A stretch of DNA of 58,712 nt from a virus (taxonomy: Duplodnaviria; Caudoviricetes): the IMG/VR virus record IMGVR_UViG_3300046705_000051, positions 1 to 58,712 of that record. One strand, 5' to 3'. Below are positions 56,841-58,712 of this stretch, piece by piece. Under the pieces are notes generated by a model, which saw only the letters and a program-made list of their open reading frames with translations, searched no databases and was not told the origin of the DNA. Each line of letters opens with the position of its first letter. Position 1 is the first letter of the stretch. The translations under genes were made by a program, and so were the position numbers.

Positions 56841-57875
56841 ATGGCAATTCGATCTGCGAACGGCCTTGACTCGATTCCGGCGGGCGCGCTGCGGTTTCTG
56901 AGGCATGACGACGCGGTACGCAACCGGCGCGAGATGTGGCAGTTCTACGCGGAGAACAACACGCTACGCGAGGACTCGACACGCGAGATCGACGAGGCGC
57001 TGGTCCGTGTGGCCCGCCGCGACCTGATCGGCGTGGCCGACCTCTCCGGCATGCGCAAGTCGCTGGACAATGGCGTCGGCACGACCGAGTACGGCTACGA
57101 CAAGATCGCGCCGGTCGGCAAGGCGACACGCAGCATGTCGATCCTCGATCACGGCGATCGCGATCTGGTCACGTTCAGCCGGACAGTCATCCCGGTGCCC
57201 GTGATCTCGTCGCAGTTCCGCATGGATGCGCGGCAGTTGGCGGCCGGTCGTGGCATGGGCCAGTCGGTCGACCTGTCGAACATCGAGGAGCATACGCGGT
57301 CCGTCGCGGAGTCGGCCGAGGACACGCTGTTCAACGGTGCGCCCGAGATCGTGCTCAACGGCAACGCGCTTGAGGGCTACACGACGTTCTCCTGTCGCAC
57401 GTCGATCACGATCGGGACCGCATGGGACAGCCTGACCGCTGGCTCCATTGCGGGCGCCGTGACCGACGTCCTGAACGCATGGCAGGCACTCCAGGACGAT
57501 GGCTTCACCGGCCCCTACATCCTGTACGTCCCGAGTACATGGGCGGCAGTGCTGGAGGAGGACTACAAGGCCGAGTCCGAGCGGACACTGCGCGAGCGGA
57601 TCCTCGCGATTCAGGGCATCACCGCCATCAAGGTCAGCGGCACACTGCCGGCCGATAATGCGGTCCTCGTCCAGATGACGCGCTCGGTGGTCGAGTACCC
57701 GCTCGGTCAGGAGCTCACGGTCGTCACGTGGGACGAGTTCGGCGGGCTCGCCTCGAACTGGATCATCCTGACGGTCGGCACGTTTGCGCTCAAGTGCGCG
57801 AACGCCCGCGCGCCGCTGTCTGCCGGTGTGTTGCCGGCGCTCACGACGGCGGCCGGAATCGCGCACCTGAGCTGA
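56841..57875 (+). CDS. Major capsid protein (HK97 fold, Linocin/DUF2184-like)
   Basis: PVPVISSQF, EDTLFNG, GFTGPYILYV, VLVQMT; head-module synteny. Confidence 0.85.
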   Translation: MAIRSANGLDSIPAGALRFLRHDDAVRNRREMWQFYAENNTLREDSTREIDEALVRVARRDLIGVADLSGMRKSLDNGVGTTEYGYDKIAPVGKATRSMSILDHGDRDLVTFSRTVIPVPVISSQFRMDARQLAAGRGMGQSVDLSNIEEHTRSVAESAEDTLFNGAPEIVLNGNALEGYTTFSCRTSITIGTAWDSLTAGSIAGAVTDVLNAWQALQDDGFTGPYILYVPSTWAAVLEEDYKAESERTLRERILAIQGITAIKVSGTLPADNAVLVQMTRSVVEYPLGQELTVVTWDEFGGLASNWIILTVGTFALKCANARAPLSAGVLPALTTAAGIAHLS

Positions 57876-57884
57876 GGAACAACG

Positions 57885-58379
57885 ATGCCAACGTTGACCG
57901 CGGAAGATCGCAAGATCGAGCACGCGCGGAGTATCGAGAAGAACCGCGCGATGGGCGTGATCGAGTACGAGTCCCGCGAGCCCGTGTCGGATCAGGTGTG
58001 GGAAATCGTGGACGGCAAGCATCACCTGCCGGGGCTGGGCAAGAAGCCGGGTCGGTCCGGCGCAATCGGGATCGGTCATCGGTTCCGCCCGACCGCGCGA
58101 CAGGTCGAGCAGACACTGGCCGGCAGGGGTGGCTTGCTCAACAAGGCCCGCCCGCTGACCGCGTCGGAGATGGACGGCCTCGGCCGCCGTGCGTTCGCGC
58201 CCGGCGCTGACATCGGCCTACGCCAGTTCCGCATGGCCGAGGGCACGCTGAAGTACGCCGACAAGGTCGGGCTGACCGAGGACGACTTCCGCGGCGTCGA
58301 GCCCGAGGGGACGGGCGGCTACTTCACCCGCCCGCAGGTCGAGGCGATCGCGGAGTCGCGCACCAGCCCGGCAGCGTGA
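57885..58379 (+). CDS. Hypothetical head-associated protein
   Basis: GAGG RBS; between MCP and adaptor. Confidence 0.55.
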   Translation: MPTLTAEDRKIEHARSIEKNRAMGVIEYESREPVSDQVWEIVDGKHHLPGLGKKPGRSGAIGIGHRFRPTARQVEQTLAGRGGLLNKARPLTASEMDGLGRRAFAPGADIGLRQFRMAEGTLKYADKVGLTEDDFRGVEPEGTGGYFTRPQVEAIAESRTSPAA

Positions 58380-58385
58380 GATGCG

Positions 58386-58712
58386 ATGGCGATCCGTGTC
58401 GAAGTGGCTGAGGTACAGGAGATCCTGGGCATCACGGTAGATGCCACCAAGATCCAGGGCTTCATCACGGACGCATCGCTGTGGGTCGACAACTACCTCG
58501 TCGGCAAGTGCGCCGCGTTGCCCGCCGACAAGCTGCCCGTCATCGAGAAGTACCTTGCCGCGCACCTGTACACGCTAGGTGCTGAGGCCGCGACCGGACA
58601 GCTCGTGGCCTCTACCCGTCGCGGCGTGTCCGAGCGGTACGCCGAACGCAAGGGTTCCGAGGCCAGCCTGACGCCCTACATCCGCATCGCAGCGTTCTAC
58701 GACCCGTGCGGG
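58386..58712 (+). CDS. Head-tail adaptor (DUF4054-like); continues across the circular junction to TGA at 197-199
   Basis: MAIRVEVAEVQEILG...IEKYLAAHLYTL...YDPCG then IVLQ...GAP*; LAAHL motif; lies shortly after the major capsid gene; ATGA overlap with the gene at 196. Confidence 0.7.
   Translation, partial: MAIRVEVAEVQEILGITVDATKIQGFITDASLWVDNYLVGKCAALPADKLPVIEKYLAAHLYTLGAEAATGQLVASTRRGVSERYAERKGSEASLTPYIRIAAFYDPCG
58587..58712. repeat. Terminal direct repeat, second copy
   Basis: Identical to 2-127. Confidence 0.95.

Noticed and set aside
56841-57875. Encapsulin nanocompartment system
   Set aside because: The Linocin-like resemblance reflects the shared HK97 fold; synteny shows it is the phage major capsid.

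Overview
The window is an essentially complete, circularly assembled, high-GC temperate siphovirus genome; bases 2-127 repeat exactly at 58587-58712. Gene order on +: head-tail joining genes, tail tube, frameshifting tail chaperone, tape measure, an antisense HNH insertion, and a long tail-tip/adhesin block. Next comes a lysis region: a PCPPFC-ending protein, a multi-TM protein, a TM-LHD mini-protein, holin-like proteins, a patatin phospholipase and an amidase. It is followed by a ~430-nt highly structured non-coding segment and a short leftward immunity block with a CI/Cro-like switch. The rightward early operon carries RNA ligase, Gp157, an SSB-like protein, a tandem RNA motif, tyrosine integrase, MTases, a candidate attP, a NucS-like nuclease, an initiator with iterons and RusA. 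The late block runs terminases, a ~7-kb glycosyltransferase/radical SAM/methyltransferase cluster, portal, head morphogenesis protein, LuxR HTH, DUF2213 protein, decoration protein and major capsid. The most notable items are the promoter-equipped pseudoknotted ncRNA candidate, the putative signal/receptor module heading the lysis cassette, a riboflavin-kinase-like gene nested in another frame of a fusion ORF, and a tandem three-way-junction RNA upstream of int. All family calls come from motif recognition by eye; no searches were run and the host cannot be determined.
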